A stretch of DNA of 64,000 bases from an uncultured Pelagibacteraceae bacterium (GCA_902586125.1 CACIGI010000006.1:4468-68467); one strand, 5' to 3'. Positions 31,272 to 42,659 are shown, counted from the stretch's first letter. Made by a program: numbers and translations. Notes: generated by a model from the sequence alone, not told the origin.

Positions 31272-32645
31272 TTAGAGAATAAATTTTGACAAATCAGTAT
31301 CTTTAACAAGAGTATCTAAATTTTTATCTATATATTCTTTATTAATAACTATTTTTTCACCAGCTCTGTCAGTTGCTGTAAAACTAATTTCATCTAATAT
31401 TTTTTCAATAATTGTATGTAGTCTTCTTGCTCCAATATTTTCTACACTTGCATTTACCTCAGAGGCTATATTAGCGATTGCGTCAATTCCATCTTCGGCA
31501 AACTCTAAATCTACATTCTCTGTTTTTAAAAGAGCAACATATTGTTTAATTAAACTATAATCTGGTTCCTTTAGAATTCTTTTAAAATCCTTACTAGTTA
31601 AAGCTTCTAACTCAACTCTTATAGGTAATCTTCCTTGTAATTCAGGTAATAGGTCTGATGGTTTAGCAAGTTGGAAAGCTCCTGATGCAATGAATAAAAT
31701 ATGATCTGTTTTAATTGGACCATATTTTGTGTTAACTGTTGTACCTTCAATAAGAGGTAACAAATCTCTTTGCACTCCTTCTCTTGAAACATCTCCCCCA
31801 ACCCTATCAGTTCTGCCAGAAATTTTATCAATTTCATCTAAAAAAACTATTCCATTATTTTCAGTTGATATCTTAGCAGCTTTAATAATTTTGTCTTGTT
31901 CAATTAATTTATCAGACTCATCATTAATTAAAATTTCGTGAGACTCTTTTACGGTCATTTTTTTCTTTTTTTCTTTTGTGCCCATAGATTTACCAAGCAT
32001 TTCTCCGATATTGATCATCCCAACATTTGCCCCTGGCATACCTGGTATTTCAAATGAAGTACCACTTCCGCCAGTATCACTTACTGCAATTTCTATTTCG
32101 TTGTTATCTAAATCACCATCTCTTAATCTTTTTCTAAAACTTTCTCTAGTTGCGGTGCTCGCTTTTTTTCCAACTAAAGCGTCTAAAACTTTTTCCTCTG
32201 CTAGTTTCTGGGCTTTTGCATAAACTTCTTTTCTTTTTTTTACTTTTTCCATTGAAATAGCAATTTCAATCAAATCTCTTACAATTTGTTCAACATCTCT
32301 TCCAACATATCCAACTTCCGTAAATCTTGTTGCTTCAACTTTTACAAAAGGTGCTTCAGCAAGTTTTGATAATCTTCTAGATATTTCAGTTTTACCAACT
32401 CCAGTTGGCCCAATCATAAGTATGTTTTTTGGTAAAACTTCATTTTTCATTTCTCCTTTTAGAGCTTGTCTTCTCCATCTATTTCTAAGAGCTACAGCGA
32501 CAGCTTTTTTAGCTTTATTTTGGCCGACTACAAATCTATCTAATTCAGAAACTATTTCTCTTGGTGATAATGAACTAACTAAAGTTTCATTATCTTTGGT
32601 ATTTTTATCTTTTGGAACAAGAGGTGTAACGTTAGATTTTTCCAT
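31272..32645 (-). CDS. hslU: ATP-dependent protease ATPase subunit HslU
   Basis: [17 protein letters not shown] and FLDEIDK motifs; C-terminal SKFIL. Confidence 0.99.
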   Translation of the reverse strand: MEKSNVTPLVPKDKNTKDNETLVSSLSPREIVSELDRFVVGQNKAKKAVAVALRNRWRRQALKGEMKNEVLPKNILMIGPTGVGKTEISRRLSKLAEAPFVKVEATRFTEVGYVGRDVEQIVRDLIEIAISMEKVKKRKEVYAKAQKLAEEKVLDALVGKKASTATRESFRKRLRDGDLDNNEIEIAVSDTGGSGTSFEIPGMPGANVGMINIGEMLGKSMGTKEKKKKMTVKESHEILINDESDKLIEQDKIIKAAKISTENNGIVFLDEIDKISGRTDRVGGDVSREGVQRDLLPLIEGTTVNTKYGPIKTDHILFIASGAFQLAKPSDLLPELQGRLPIRVELEALTSKDFKRILKEPDYSLIKQYVALLKTENVDLEFAEDGIDAIANIASEVNASVENIGARRLHTIIEKILDEISFTATDRAGEKIVINKEYIDKNLDTLVKDTDLSKFIL

Positions 32646-33160
32646 TATATTTTTTCAACCCTAATATTATTATTTGTAAAAACACAAATTTCTGAAGCAA
32701 CTTCAATAGCTTTTTTCGCTACCTCTTCAGCACTCATGTCAGAACCCATTAAAACTTTTCCAGCTGCTAGAGCATAATTTCCACCTGAACCAATTCCAAT
32801 AACATCACCCTCTGGCTCTAGCACATCTCCAGTTCCAGAGATAATATAACTATTATCTTTGTCACCAATAGCCATAAGAGCCTCAAGTCTTCTTAAATAT
32901 TTATCTGTTCGCCAATCCTTTGCTAGCTCTACAGCTGCTCTTGACAAGTTACCTGCATGTTTCTCTATTTTTGCCTCTAACCTCTCAAACAAAGTTAAAG
33001 CATCCGCAGTGGAACCTGCAAATCCTGCTACAACATCTCTTTTATCAATTTTTCTTACTTTTGACGCAGTGCTTTTAACGACCGTATTTCCCATACTTAC
33101 CTGTCCGTCTCCAGCAACTACTACTTCGTTATTTTTTCTTACTAAAACAATTGTTGTCAT
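32645..33160 (-). CDS. hslV: ATP-dependent protease subunit HslV
   Basis: N-terminal [11 protein letters not shown] and GSGGNYA motifs. Confidence 0.99.
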   Translation of the reverse strand: MTTIVLVRKNNEVVVAGDGQVSMGNTVVKSTASKVRKIDKRDVVAGFAGSTADALTLFERLEAKIEKHAGNLSRAAVELAKDWRTDKYLRRLEALMAIGDKDNSYIISGTGDVLEPEGDVIGIGSGGNYALAAGKVLMGSDMSAEEVAKKAIEVASEICVFTNNNIRVEKI

Positions 33161-33166
33161 AACACT

Positions 33167-33195
33167 TAAATGGATACTAAATTTAATAGTTCAAG
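33167..33195 (-). promoter_or_regulatory. Putative sigma-32 promoter of hslVU
   Basis: Minus strand CTTGAA-N15-TCCATTTA, ending 6 nt before the hslV ATG. Confidence 0.65.
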
Positions 33196-33251
33196 CCCAA
33201 GTTTAGTATTATTGCCATAATCGGATAATATATGTATACCTCTTTCTAGTT

Positions 33252-33842
33252 ATGAAGCGTAAAGGTAAAATTAGTCGAAAAACAAAAGAGACCAATATAA
33301 GTGTTGATCTTAACATTGATGGTAAAGGCAAGTATAAGATTGATACTGGAATAGGATTTCTTAATCACATGCTTGAACAGTTATCCAAGCATTCGTCAAT
33401 TGATATGAGTATAAAAGCTAAGGGAGATACTCATATTGACCTTCATCACACCACTGAGGATACTGGTATCGCAATTGGTGAGGCTTTGAAAAAGGCACTA
33501 AAAAAATCTGTTGGCATCAGAAGGTATGCTCATGCAATGATACCAATGGACGAAACTTTATCGCGTGTCGCAATTGATATTTCAAACAGACCTTATTTAA
33601 TTTGGAAAGTAAATTTAAAAGTTGAAAAGCTTGGTGAAATGGACACAGAACTTTTTAAGGAGTGGTTTCAAGCTTTCTCGCAAGCAGCAGGAATTACGCT
33701 GCATGTAGAAAATATTTATGGTGATAATAGTCACCACATTATTGAGTCTTGTTTCAAAGGATTAGCAAGATCATTAAGAGCTGCACTAGAAATAGATCCA
33801 AGAAATAGTAAATCAATTCCTTCTACTAAAGGCTCATTATAA
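33252..33842 (+). CDS. hisB: Imidazoleglycerol-phosphate dehydratase
   Basis: [12 protein letters not shown] and NSHHIIE motifs; C-terminal PSTKG. Confidence 0.98.
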   Translation: MKRKGKISRKTKETNISVDLNIDGKGKYKIDTGIGFLNHMLEQLSKHSSIDMSIKAKGDTHIDLHHTTEDTGIAIGEALKKALKKSVGIRRYAHAMIPMDETLSRVAIDISNRPYLIWKVNLKVEKLGEMDTELFKEWFQAFSQAAGITLHVENIYGDNSHHIIESCFKGLARSLRAALEIDPRNSKSIPSTKGSL

Positions 33843-33847
33843 AATTA

Positions 33848-34474
33848 ATGAAAGTTACTATTGTTGATTACAACTCGGGCAATATAAGCTCGGTGATAAA
33901 CTCTTTTAAAGAAGTAGCCAAAGATAAGGTAAATATTGAGGTTACTGCTGATTTAAATAAAATTAAGTCTAGTGATAAAGTAGTTTTACCAGGACAGGGC
34001 TCATTTAAAAGTTGTATGGATGCTCTAAATAAAATTAATGGTCTAACAGAAGCTTTAAATGAATTTGCAATAATTAATAAAAAACCACTTTTTGGAATTT
34101 GTGTTGGTTTACAAATGTTTGCTGAAGTTGGATATGAGGAAACTGAAACAAAAGGTTTAGGTTGGATATCTGGTAAAGTTTCAAAAATAGATAACCAAAA
34201 TGGAAAATTTAAACTTCCTCATATTGGTTGGAACCAGATAAGTATTATTAAACAAAGTAAGATTTTTAAAAATATAGAAAATAACGCACATATGTATTTT
34301 GTGCATAGTTACGAATTTTTACCAAATGATAAAAATGTGATCTCGGCAACAACAGATTATTCATCAAATATTGTTTGCTCTGTTGAAAAAGAAAATATTT
34401 TTGGAACTCAATTTCATCCAGAAAAAAGTGACAGATTAGGGTTAAAGATAATTGATAATTTTATAAATATTTGA
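33848..34474 (+). CDS. hisH: IGP synthase glutamine amidotransferase subunit
   Basis: LPGQG, GICVGLQ, PHIGWN and QFHPEKS motifs. Confidence 0.98.
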   Translation: MKVTIVDYNSGNISSVINSFKEVAKDKVNIEVTADLNKIKSSDKVVLPGQGSFKSCMDALNKINGLTEALNEFAIINKKPLFGICVGLQMFAEVGYEETETKGLGWISGKVSKIDNQNGKFKLPHIGWNQISIIKQSKIFKNIENNAHMYFVHSYEFLPNDKNVISATTDYSSNIVCSVEKENIFGTQFHPEKSDRLGLKIIDNFINI

Positions 34475-34479
34475 ATTGT

Positions 34480-35196
34480 ATGAAAATATTTCCAGCAATT
34501 GACATTAAAGATAAAAAATGTGTGAGACTAGTCAAAGGAGACTTTGATAATAAAACTGAGTATGAAATGTCTCCAGTTGAACAAGCTAATAAATATAAAG
34601 ATAAAGGCTTTAAAAATTTACACATAGTTGATTTGGACGGAGCTTTAACTGGCGAAACCACTAATTTAGATATTATTCAAAATATAGTAAGTAAATTTGA
34701 CCTCAAAATTGAAGTTGGTGGAGGTGTAAGAAACTTTGAAAGTATTCAAAAGTATACTGATGCTGGAGTTGAAAAAGTAATCTTAGGCAGTGCCGCAATT
34801 AAAGATAAAAATTTTTTAAAAGAAGCATGTGCAAAATTTCCCAACAAAATAGCCTTGGGTTTAGATGCTAAACATGGATATTTATCAGTATCTGGTTGGA
34901 AGGAAAATTCTAACCAGTTAACTATGAATTACCTAAGAGAAGTAAATGGTTACGGTATTAGCAGACTTATTTATACAGATATAAACCGAGATGGTATGAA
35001 GCAAAGCCCAAATTTTGAAGAGACTTCAAAAGTTGCTGAAAAATCAAATTGTCCAGTTATCATTTCAGGTGGTGTATCATCAATAGATGACATTAAAAAA
35101 GCCAAAACTTTAAAAAATATTGAGGGTATTATAGTTGGCAAAGCTATTTATGATGGTGATATTAAATTGGAAGAACTAGTAAAAGAAGATGCTTAA
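34480..35196 (+). CDS. hisA: ProFAR isomerase
   Basis: [18 protein letters not shown] and TDINRDG motifs; ATG at 34480. Confidence 0.97.
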   Translation: MKIFPAIDIKDKKCVRLVKGDFDNKTEYEMSPVEQANKYKDKGFKNLHIVDLDGALTGETTNLDIIQNIVSKFDLKIEVGGGVRNFESIQKYTDAGVEKVILGSAAIKDKNFLKEACAKFPNKIALGLDAKHGYLSVSGWKENSNQLTMNYLREVNGYGISRLIYTDINRDGMKQSPNFEETSKVAEKSNCPVIISGGVSSIDDIKKAKTLKNIEGIIVGKAIYDGDIKLEELVKEDA

Positions 35197-35944
35197 GAAT
35201 AGAATAATTCCTTGTTTAGATGTAAAAAATGGGCGTGTTGTTAAAGGTATTAACTTTGTTGATTTGAAAGATGCTGGGGATCCAGTCGAACAAGCAAAGA
35301 TTTATTCTGATGGAGGAGCAGATGAAATCTGTTTTTTAGATATTACTGCTTCTAATGAAAACAGAGATACGATTTATGATGTAGTTGAGAGAACATCAAA
35401 AAAATGCTTTGTTCCTTTGACTGTAGGTGGTGGTGTAAGAAGTATAGAGGATATAAATAAATTATTAAATTGTGGTGCTGATAAAGTATCTATCAATACT
35501 GCTGCTGTTGAGAATCCAAAAGTTGTTCTAGAAAGTTCAAAGAAGTTTGGTTCTCAATGTATTGTTGTTGCAATTGATGCAAAAAAAAATGTTGATAAGT
35601 GGGAAATATTTACTCATGGAGGAAGAAATAATACTGGTCTTGATGTTTTGGAGTATACAAAAAAAATGGAAGATAGTGGGGCGGGAGAACTATTAGTAAC
35701 CTCTATGGATAGAGATGGTACACAAAAAGGTTATGATGTTGAGCTAATGAGTAAAATAGCATCAAAAGTAAATATACCTTTAATTGCATCAGGAGGTGTT
35801 GGTAATTTAGATCATTTAGTTGATGGAATTAGATTAGGAAAAGCTAGTGCAGTTTTAGCAGCCTCAATATTTCACTATGGAAAACACTCAGTACAAGAGG
35901 CTAAGGAATATTTGGACTCAAAAGGAATACCTGTTAGAATTTAG
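35189..35944 (+). CDS. hisF: IGP synthase cyclase subunit
   Basis: [16 protein letters not shown] and SMDRDGT motifs. Confidence 0.98.
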   Translation: MLKNRIIPCLDVKNGRVVKGINFVDLKDAGDPVEQAKIYSDGGADEICFLDITASNENRDTIYDVVERTSKKCFVPLTVGGGVRSIEDINKLLNCGADKVSINTAAVENPKVVLESSKKFGSQCIVVAIDAKKNVDKWEIFTHGGRNNTGLDVLEYTKKMEDSGAGELLVTSMDRDGTQKGYDVELMSKIASKVNIPLIASGGVGNLDHLVDGIRLGKASAVLAASIFHYGKHSVQEAKEYLDSKGIPVRI

Positions 35945-35945
35945 T

Positions 35946-36218
35946 ATGCTTAATACTTTAGAAAATTTATTCAATCTTGCAAGGGAAAGAAAGAAATCCC
36001 CTGTAGATGGATCTTATACAAATGAACTGCTTAGCAATAAATCTCTAAGTAAAGAAAAAGTACTTGAAGAAATTAATGAACTTATTGAAGCTATAGAAAA
36101 TGACTCAAATAAAATTCATGAGGCTGCAGACGTATTGTATCATTTAATAATGTATTTTGAAGTTAACGAAATAAAAATAGAAGATGTGTGTAAAGAACTA
36201 GAAAAAAGAAAAAAATGA
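35946..36218 (+). CDS. hisE: Phosphoribosyl-ATP pyrophosphatase
   Basis: SYT, KVLEE and EAADVLYH motifs; ATG at 35946. Confidence 0.94.
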   Translation: MLNTLENLFNLARERKKSPVDGSYTNELLSNKSLSKEKVLEEINELIEAIENDSNKIHEAADVLYHLIMYFEVNEIKIEDVCKELEKRKK

Positions 36219-36224
36219 TTAAAT

Positions 36225-36920
36225 ATGTTAAATTATATAAGATATTATAAAACTTTTTTGCGGTATGGTTTAGGTTATGAGGGAGATGCATGGTTTGCTA
36301 ATAACTATATATCAGCATTTAAAGACAAAGGATTTTATATCGATGTGGGTTGTTATCATCCTATAAAATACTCTTTAACACACAAACTCCATAAAATCGG
36401 CTGGTCAGGAATTAATATAGATATATCGAAAGAAAGCATTGATTTATTTAACATTTTTAGACCCAAAGATAAAAATTTAAACATTGGTATTTCTACAGAA
36501 AGTGGGGTTAAAGATGCATTTTTTGAAAAGGAAATTTCGCCTATATCGTCTTTAAAATTGGACTATTTAGAAAAATTCCAAAAAATTAAAAAAAAGTTTG
36601 TGAGAAAAATTAAAACATTAACATTGGAAGATCTTTTTGAGGAAAATAAAATTACAGAAGTTGATTTTTTAAAAATTGATTGTGAAGGGTTAGATTTGTC
36701 AATAATCAAAACAATAAATTTTGAAAAGTACCAGATTAATTTTTTATGTGTCGAATTTTTAGATCCTTATGCAGATTTTATTAATAAAAAAACAAATGAG
36801 ATAAAATCCGTTCATGAGCTCTTTTTTTCATCAGAGATATATAATGCTTTAAAAGAAAATTTTAGATTACTAGATCATTATAATTTTGCATTTCTCTTAG
36901 TAAACCGAAAGATATATTAA
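36225..36920 (+). CDS. FkbM-family methyltransferase
   Basis: YIDVGCYHP, GWSGINID and FLKIDCEG motifs. Confidence 0.88.
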   Translation: MLNYIRYYKTFLRYGLGYEGDAWFANNYISAFKDKGFYIDVGCYHPIKYSLTHKLHKIGWSGINIDISKESIDLFNIFRPKDKNLNIGISTESGVKDAFFEKEISPISSLKLDYLEKFQKIKKKFVRKIKTLTLEDLFEENKITEVDFLKIDCEGLDLSIIKTINFEKYQINFLCVEFLDPYADFINKKTNEIKSVHELFFSSEIYNALKENFRLLDHYNFAFLLVNRKIY

Positions 36921-37008
36921 GTTAATTTAATTATTTTATTGATAATTTATCTTGAGGCACATAATATTAGAAATGAGTATATAGAGAGAGTTAGAGAAAA
37001 AAAATCTA

Positions 37009-37353
37009 ATGAGTAAAATTAAGATTATATTTTTTTTAATACTAGGTTTTATTGCCTATAAAGGTTACGAAGCTTTTACAAATTTTGAAATTGGTGTTTC
37101 TGATAGAATTACTAAATTAGATGAGGCAGCTGATTTTGAAAGACAAGGAGAGGTTATAGCTTTAATGATGTACTTGGGCGACCCTCCTAAATTAAATGAA
37201 CATTTATTGGTTAAAAATAAGTCTAAATGTCTAGAAATGAAACAGGTAGCAGAAGAAACATCTTTTGCATATTATGAGTGTGCTATAGTTGATGCCAATT
37301 TAAGAGGTGGAAAAATAACCAGCATAAATGAGGAGCTTGAAGTTTTACAATGA
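37009..37353 (+). CDS. Hypothetical membrane-anchored protein with a Cys pair
   Basis: N-terminal hydrophobic helix; ATGA overlap with the HIT gene. Confidence 0.75.
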   Translation: MSKIKIIFFLILGFIAYKGYEAFTNFEIGVSDRITKLDEAADFERQGEVIALMMYLGDPPKLNEHLLVKNKSKCLEMKQVAEETSFAYYECAIVDANLRGGKITSINEELEVLQ

Positions 37354-37715
37354 CATATGATGATAACAATATTTTTGCAAAAATATTGAAGGGTGAAATC
37401 CCTTGTCAAAAAATTTATGAAGATGAGTTTGTATTATCTTTTCATGACATCAATCCTCAAAAAAAAATTCACGCACTTGTTATACCAAAAGGGAAATATA
37501 TAGATTTGGATGACTTTACTAACAATGCCTCCCAAGAGGAAATGGTAGGACTGTTAAAAGGTATCAATATAGTAGCAAAAAAGCTTGGTATCTCAGTTGA
37601 TACGGGCAAAGGATATAGAGCCTTAGCGAATATAAATGAGCATGGTGGTCAAGAAGTACCCCATCTTCATTTTCACTTATTCGGAGGTGAGCCAATTGGA
37701 AAGATGGTGCAGTGA
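37350..37715 (+). CDS. HIT-family nucleotide hydrolase (HinT-like)
   Basis: NIFAKIL and QEVPHLHFH histidine triad. Confidence 0.95.
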   Translation: MTYDDNNIFAKILKGEIPCQKIYEDEFVLSFHDINPQKKIHALVIPKGKYIDLDDFTNNASQEEMVGLLKGINIVAKKLGISVDTGKGYRALANINEHGGQEVPHLHFHLFGGEPIGKMVQ

Positions 37716-38215
37716 ATAAAAAAGTAGAGAGAAATTATTTAGAAATATCTTATTTGGAAGATCTAAGGGACTCCAAAAATTTATCAGACCATTATTCGAT
37801 AAATTTAGTTGATCCAATTAATTTTCAATTGAATAAATTTTTTTATAAAAATATTGGCAAAAGCCATCATTGGGTAGATCGATTAGTGTGGTGCGAAAAA
37901 CAGTGGATAGACTATGTTTCTAACAAAAAAGTTAAAACATATGTATTAAAAGATAAAGATGAACTAGCAGGTTATTTTGAGTTAATTTTACACACAGATA
38001 AAAATGAGGTCGAGATAGCCTATTTGGGTTTATTGGAGGAATACCAAAATAAAAAACTAGGCTCGTATCTTTTATCAGCTGCTATCAAAAATTCTTTTAA
38101 GGAAAAACCTAAAAGAGTTTGGGTCCACACATGTTCATTAGATCACAAAAATGCATTAAATAATTATATTGCACGAGGTATGAAAGTTTTTAAAACTGAA
38201 ACAGTTTTAATTTAA
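37712..38215 (+). CDS. GNAT-family N-acetyltransferase
   Basis: YLGLLEEYQNKKLG, VWVHTCSLDH and YIARG motifs. Confidence 0.9.
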   Translation: MNKKVERNYLEISYLEDLRDSKNLSDHYSINLVDPINFQLNKFFYKNIGKSHHWVDRLVWCEKQWIDYVSNKKVKTYVLKDKDELAGYFELILHTDKNEVEIAYLGLLEEYQNKKLGSYLLSAAIKNSFKEKPKRVWVHTCSLDHKNALNNYIARGMKVFKTETVLI

Positions 38216-38216
38216 G

Positions 38217-38765
38217 CTAATTTCGTTGTGGAATTTTAAATATTTTCTTATTTAATTTTTGATTTTTTTTAATGGAAGAAAGATAGGTAATACTTATATT
38301 TTGATAAATATCCACTGTTTGCCACCCAATTAAGTTGTAAGTTTTCTTATCGAAAAATATATTTATCTCATTTTCATTTTCTACAAAATTGAAGTTTATG
38401 AAGCCATCACCCACATCTCTCTGATCTAAATTTGTTATTTTTTTTATTAAATATTCTTTATTAAGTATTGTATCTAGAGGTGTTTTTTCAAGTGGATAAA
38501 AGTAATAACTACTTAATGTTTTAATTACTAATGATTTTCCGTTTGAAACTAGAATTTTTTGATTACTTAAATTATACTTACAATAAATTTTTTTTGGATA
38601 CTCAATTATACAATTTCCATTTTCAATTTTACCATTAATATTTTGTTCAAAGTCGAATGATATGTTTTTGATATCTTTAAACTTCTTGATTATATTTTGC
38701 TTCATCGATGCTGAGACGCTAGGAATTATTGAAAGATAAATTACGATAAAAAGTAACTTTTTCAT
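38217..38765 (-). CDS. lolA: Outer-membrane lipoprotein carrier LolA
   Basis: Signal peptide, FEQ, VSNGK and YPLEKTPL motifs; downstream of ftsK. Confidence 0.88.
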   Translation of the reverse strand: MKKLLFIVIYLSIIPSVSASMKQNIIKKFKDIKNISFDFEQNINGKIENGNCIIEYPKKIYCKYNLSNQKILVSNGKSLVIKTLSSYYFYPLEKTPLDTILNKEYLIKKITNLDQRDVGDGFINFNFVENENEINIFFDKKTYNLIGWQTVDIYQNISITYLSSIKKNQKLNKKIFKIPQRN

Positions 38766-40849
38766 TTAAGAACATCTCTTTTTCCAACATGATTTGCTTT
38801 ACTCACTATTCCCTCAGACTCCATCATATCAATTATTCTTGCAGCTCGATTGTATCCGATTTGAAGTTTTCGTTGTAGAAATGAAGTTGAGGCTTTTCCC
38901 TCTGTTTTAATTATTTCAAGAGCAGTTTGATATAATTCATCTTTTTCACCTTGATTTTTTGACTCATTTAATTCTTTTTCATCAGCAAAGTTAAGTATTT
39001 CGTCAACATAGTCGGGCTCTGCTTGAGACCTTAAGAAGTTATTAATTTTCTCTATTTCAGTGTCTGAGACAAATGGAGCATGAATTCTAACAATTCTATT
39101 TGCGGATGACATATATAGCATATCCCCCTTTCCCAACAATTGTTCAGCTCCTTGTTCACCTAAAATTGTTCTACTATCTATTTTAGAGGTGACTTGAAAA
39201 GAAATTCGTGTTGGAAAATTTGCTTTAATCGTACCTGTTATTACGTCAACACTAGGTCTTTGGGTTGCCATAATAATATGAATACCGGCAGCTCTGGCCA
39301 TTTGTGACAATTTTTGAATATAATTCTCAATTTCTTTTCCTGCGACTAACATTAGATCGGACATTTCATCAACCACTACAACTATGTATGGCATTGGCAA
39401 CTTATGCTTTGAATTATAGCTATCAATATTCCTAACTCCTTCTTTGGTCATCAGTCTATACCTACTCTCCATTTCTTTAACCACCCAGCCAAGAACTGAA
39501 GCAGCTTTTTTAGCCTCAGTAATCACAGGGCAAAGAAGGTGAGGGATACCTTCATAAGTGGAAAGCTCTAACATTTTAGGATCAATTAAAATAAATTTAC
39601 ATCTTTCAGGAGTATGCTTGTAAAGAAGTGATAAAATAATTGTATTGATACAAACTGATTTTCCAGAACCGGTAGTACCAGCAATAAGTAAATGAGGCAT
39701 TGCAGAAAGGTCCCCGATTATTGGAGTTCCAGAAATATTTTTTCCTAATGCAATAGGTAATTTGATCTCTTTCTTTTTAAAGCTTGAATTATCTAAAATT
39801 TCACTGAGATATACATTCTCTCGATCTGAATTTGGAAGCTCTATACCAATAGTATTACTTCCTGGAATGGTCGCTATCCGTGCGGACTCTGAGCTTGTAT
39901 TTCTTGCAATATCGTCAGATAGATTAATTATTTTAGAAACTTTAATACCTGCTGCTGGTTCAAATTCATTTAAAGTAACCACTGGTCCATGACTTACTTT
40001 TTTAATTTTTCCATTAACACCAAAATCTAAAAGAATTTTTTCCAAAAACTCTGGATTATTATTTTCATTTTTATCTAGACTTCCCCTTCCCCTTTCTGTT
40101 GGAGTTTTTAATAGACCAATGGAAGGAAGAGAAAATTTGGTTTTTGAAAGCCTATTATTTTCAGCTTTAATGAACGGTAAATCTTCTTGTATAATGTCTT
40201 TTATTTCATCTTGAGGAATAAATTCGTTTATAAGTTCGTCTTTACTTGTATAATTTTTAGAATCTTTCTTAAATAAAATATTTAATATTTTCTTAAAACT
40301 TGAAATAAAATTTTTTAAATTAAAATTTATACTTAAAATGAAGAAAATTAAAGTGAGCAGTAAAAGTAAATAATATGAAAAATCTTCATATCGATTTAAT
40401 AAACTAACTAAAAAGTTCTCTGATAGATAATTGCCAACAAAACCACCACTACCATTAATATAAAGTGTAAAATTTTCAGAGTAAAATTTTGATAAAAACA
40501 AGGACCCGAACATTGCATAAACTGTTACAAAAAAAGTGTTTTCTATAACAACCAAAATTTTTTTTTTTCTAAAAATACTTAAACCTGTAAAGATATAAGT
40601 AATAGGCAAGAAGTATCCAATTAAACCTACAGATTGAAAAATAAAGTCAGAAGTAACACTACCCTGATAACCTAAAAAATTTTTAATAATAGTATTTTCT
40701 GGAAAAATAAAATTAGGGTCTTCTGGAGAGTATGAAATTAAGGCAATTAAAATTAAAACCCCCATTAAAAAAAAACAAATACCAAAAATTTCAATTAATC
40801 TATTCGTAATGAATGTTAGAGCTGTGTTTGATAGTTTTTTTATATCCAT
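38762..40849 (-). CDS. ftsK: DNA translocase FtsK
   Basis: N-terminal TM domain, GTTGSGKS, VVDEMSDLM, TQRPSVDV and gamma-domain IGYNRAAR; start likely Met 40849 (track gives 40882). Confidence 0.98.
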   Translation of the reverse strand: MDIKKLSNTALTFITNRLIEIFGICFFLMGVLILIALISYSPEDPNFIFPENTIIKNFLGYQGSVTSDFIFQSVGLIGYFLPITYIFTGLSIFRKKKILVVIENTFFVTVYAMFGSLFLSKFYSENFTLYINGSGGFVGNYLSENFLVSLLNRYEDFSYYLLLLLTLIFFILSINFNLKNFISSFKKILNILFKKDSKNYTSKDELINEFIPQDEIKDIIQEDLPFIKAENNRLSKTKFSLPSIGLLKTPTERGRGSLDKNENNNPEFLEKILLDFGVNGKIKKVSHGPVVTLNEFEPAAGIKVSKIINLSDDIARNTSSESARIATIPGSNTIGIELPNSDRENVYLSEILDNSSFKKKEIKLPIALGKNISGTPIIGDLSAMPHLLIAGTTGSGKSVCINTIILSLLYKHTPERCKFILIDPKMLELSTYEGIPHLLCPVITEAKKAASVLGWVVKEMESRYRLMTKEGVRNIDSYNSKHKLPMPYIVVVVDEMSDLMLVAGKEIENYIQKLSQMARAAGIHIIMATQRPSVDVITGTIKANFPTRISFQVTSKIDSRTILGEQGAEQLLGKGDMLYMSSANRIVRIHAPFVSDTEIEKINNFLRSQAEPDYVDEILNFADEKELNESKNQGEKDELYQTALEIIKTEGKASTSFLQRKLQIGYNRAARIIDMMESEGIVSKANHVGKRDVLK

Positions 40850-40913
40850 ATCAGATGAATCAAATTTACCACTTTGTATCATCTAATTTTTATTGTTAAA
40901 ATTAAAAATTAAT

Positions 40914-41984
40914 ATGAAACTTTGTATTCTAGGTGGTGGATTAACAGGATTAAGTTTGGCAAAATCTTTAGTTAAAAAAGGATTATCAACTGATATTTTT
41001 TTTAATAAAAAAAAATTAGATTTTAATAAGAACCGAACAATTGGTATATCTAATGATAATCTAATATATTTTAATAAACAAATATTAAATATTAGAAAAT
41101 TATTTTGGGATATAAAAAAAATTGAAATTTATTCGGACAATCTAAGAAATGAAAAAATTTTAAATTTTGAAAATAATAATAAAACTCTTTTTGCTATAAT
41201 TAGAAATTATCAATTACAAATTAAACTACTTTCAAGTTTAAAAAAAGATAAGTTATGTAAATTAAAATATAATTTTGATTATAATCTATCAAATTTGAGA
41301 AAATATAAATTAATAATCAATTGTGAAAATGATAATTACTTTTCAAAGAAATTTTTTACAAGAAATTTGAAAAAAAAATACGATAGCTTTGCGTATACTA
41401 CAATTTTAAAACATAAAAAAATTCAAAATAATACAGCATCTCAAATATTTACTAAAAATGGACCTTTAGCTTTTTTACCGTTATCAGAACAAGAAACTTC
41501 TGTTGTTTATTCAATTAAAGGTAAAAAAAATATTAATTTAAAAGAATTAATTAAAAAATATAATACTAAATATTCAATTACAAATTTTGGTGTTCACAAC
41601 TCTTTTGAGTTGAAAGCCTCGAACTTAAGAACTTATTATTATAAAAATATTTTGGCTTTTGGTGATGTATTACATCGCCTTCATCCCTTGGCTGGTCAAG
41701 GTTTCAATATGACTTTAAGAGATATTCGAGATTTGAGTAATTTAATTGATCTTAAGTTAAAGAATGGATTAGAGTTAGATGATTCAATTTGTGAAGAGTT
41801 TCAAAATATGACTAAACATAAAAATTATCTTTTCTCTAGTGGTGTTGATTTTGTATACGAATTTTTTAATTTTGAAAGCAAAACGAATAATAATATTCTT
41901 AGTAAATCAGTGAGATTTATAGGAAGAAATAAATTCTTGAATAAATCTTTTAAAAATATAGCTAATAGGGGTTTTGAAATTTAG
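40914..41984 (+). CDS. UbiH/UbiL-family FAD-dependent ubiquinone hydroxylase
   Basis: GGGLTG, GPLAFLP and GDVLHRLHPLAGQGFN motifs. Confidence 0.88.
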   Translation: MKLCILGGGLTGLSLAKSLVKKGLSTDIFFNKKKLDFNKNRTIGISNDNLIYFNKQILNIRKLFWDIKKIEIYSDNLRNEKILNFENNNKTLFAIIRNYQLQIKLLSSLKKDKLCKLKYNFDYNLSNLRKYKLIINCENDNYFSKKFFTRNLKKKYDSFAYTTILKHKKIQNNTASQIFTKNGPLAFLPLSEQETSVVYSIKGKKNINLKELIKKYNTKYSITNFGVHNSFELKASNLRTYYYKNILAFGDVLHRLHPLAGQGFNMTLRDIRDLSNLIDLKLKNGLELDDSICEEFQNMTKHKNYLFSSGVDFVYEFFNFESKTNNNILSKSVRFIGRNKFLNKSFKNIANRGFEI

Positions 41985-41986
41985 TT

Positions 41987-42631
41987 TTATTGAATAGTTG
42001 TATTATTATAATTGTCAAAAGAATATGTAGTTAAAATTTCTGATATTTTAGTTTTTCTAAGCTCTAAATTTTTGGCCTCTAATAAGATTTGTTTTTCCTC
42101 TAGGGTAAAAGGAGATGCCATTGCTAAAGCGTTAATTGTTTCATCTAAGCTTTGTTTTTCTAATCCCTTCCAATTAATAATAAATCCTCTTTTTTCAAAA
42201 AGATTTTTTAAGTCTTTAAATATCAATTTTAAGTCGGAAAATTGTAGATTTTCACTTTGATAATTTAGATCATCATAAAAATTATTAAAATCTACATTAC
42301 ATTCTCTGTATTTTTTATTTGATTTTACTTCATCTATTTTTTGAAATCTGATTATTCCTTTAAGTTCTATCAAAAATTGACTATTATTGTTTTCCCTGAA
42401 GCTTGTAATTTTGCCCATGCACCCAATGTCATATAATTCAGGATTTACCTTACTTTCTTTTGAATTTTTAGGTTGTATCATCCCAATGAGTTTGTTTGTT
42501 TTCATACTATCATTAACCATATCGACATATCTTGGTTCAAATATATTTAATGGCACAGTAGTTCTTGGAAAAATGATAAAATTACTTAATGGAAAAACTG
42601 GTATTGTTTTTGGTAAATCTTCTTTTTTCAT
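41987..42631 (-). CDS. LON peptidase substrate-binding (N-terminal) domain protein
   Basis: IPVFPL, PLNIFEPRY and EKQILLE motifs. Confidence 0.92.
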   Translation of the reverse strand: MKKEDLPKTIPVFPLSNFIIFPRTTVPLNIFEPRYVDMVNDSMKTNKLIGMIQPKNSKESKVNPELYDIGCMGKITSFRENNNSQFLIELKGIIRFQKIDEVKSNKKYRECNVDFNNFYDDLNYQSENLQFSDLKLIFKDLKNLFEKRGFIINWKGLEKQSLDETINALAMASPFTLEEKQILLEAKNLELRKTKISEILTTYSFDNYNNTTIQ

Positions 42632-42659
42632 GAAAAAAACATACCATAATTAATAGTAC

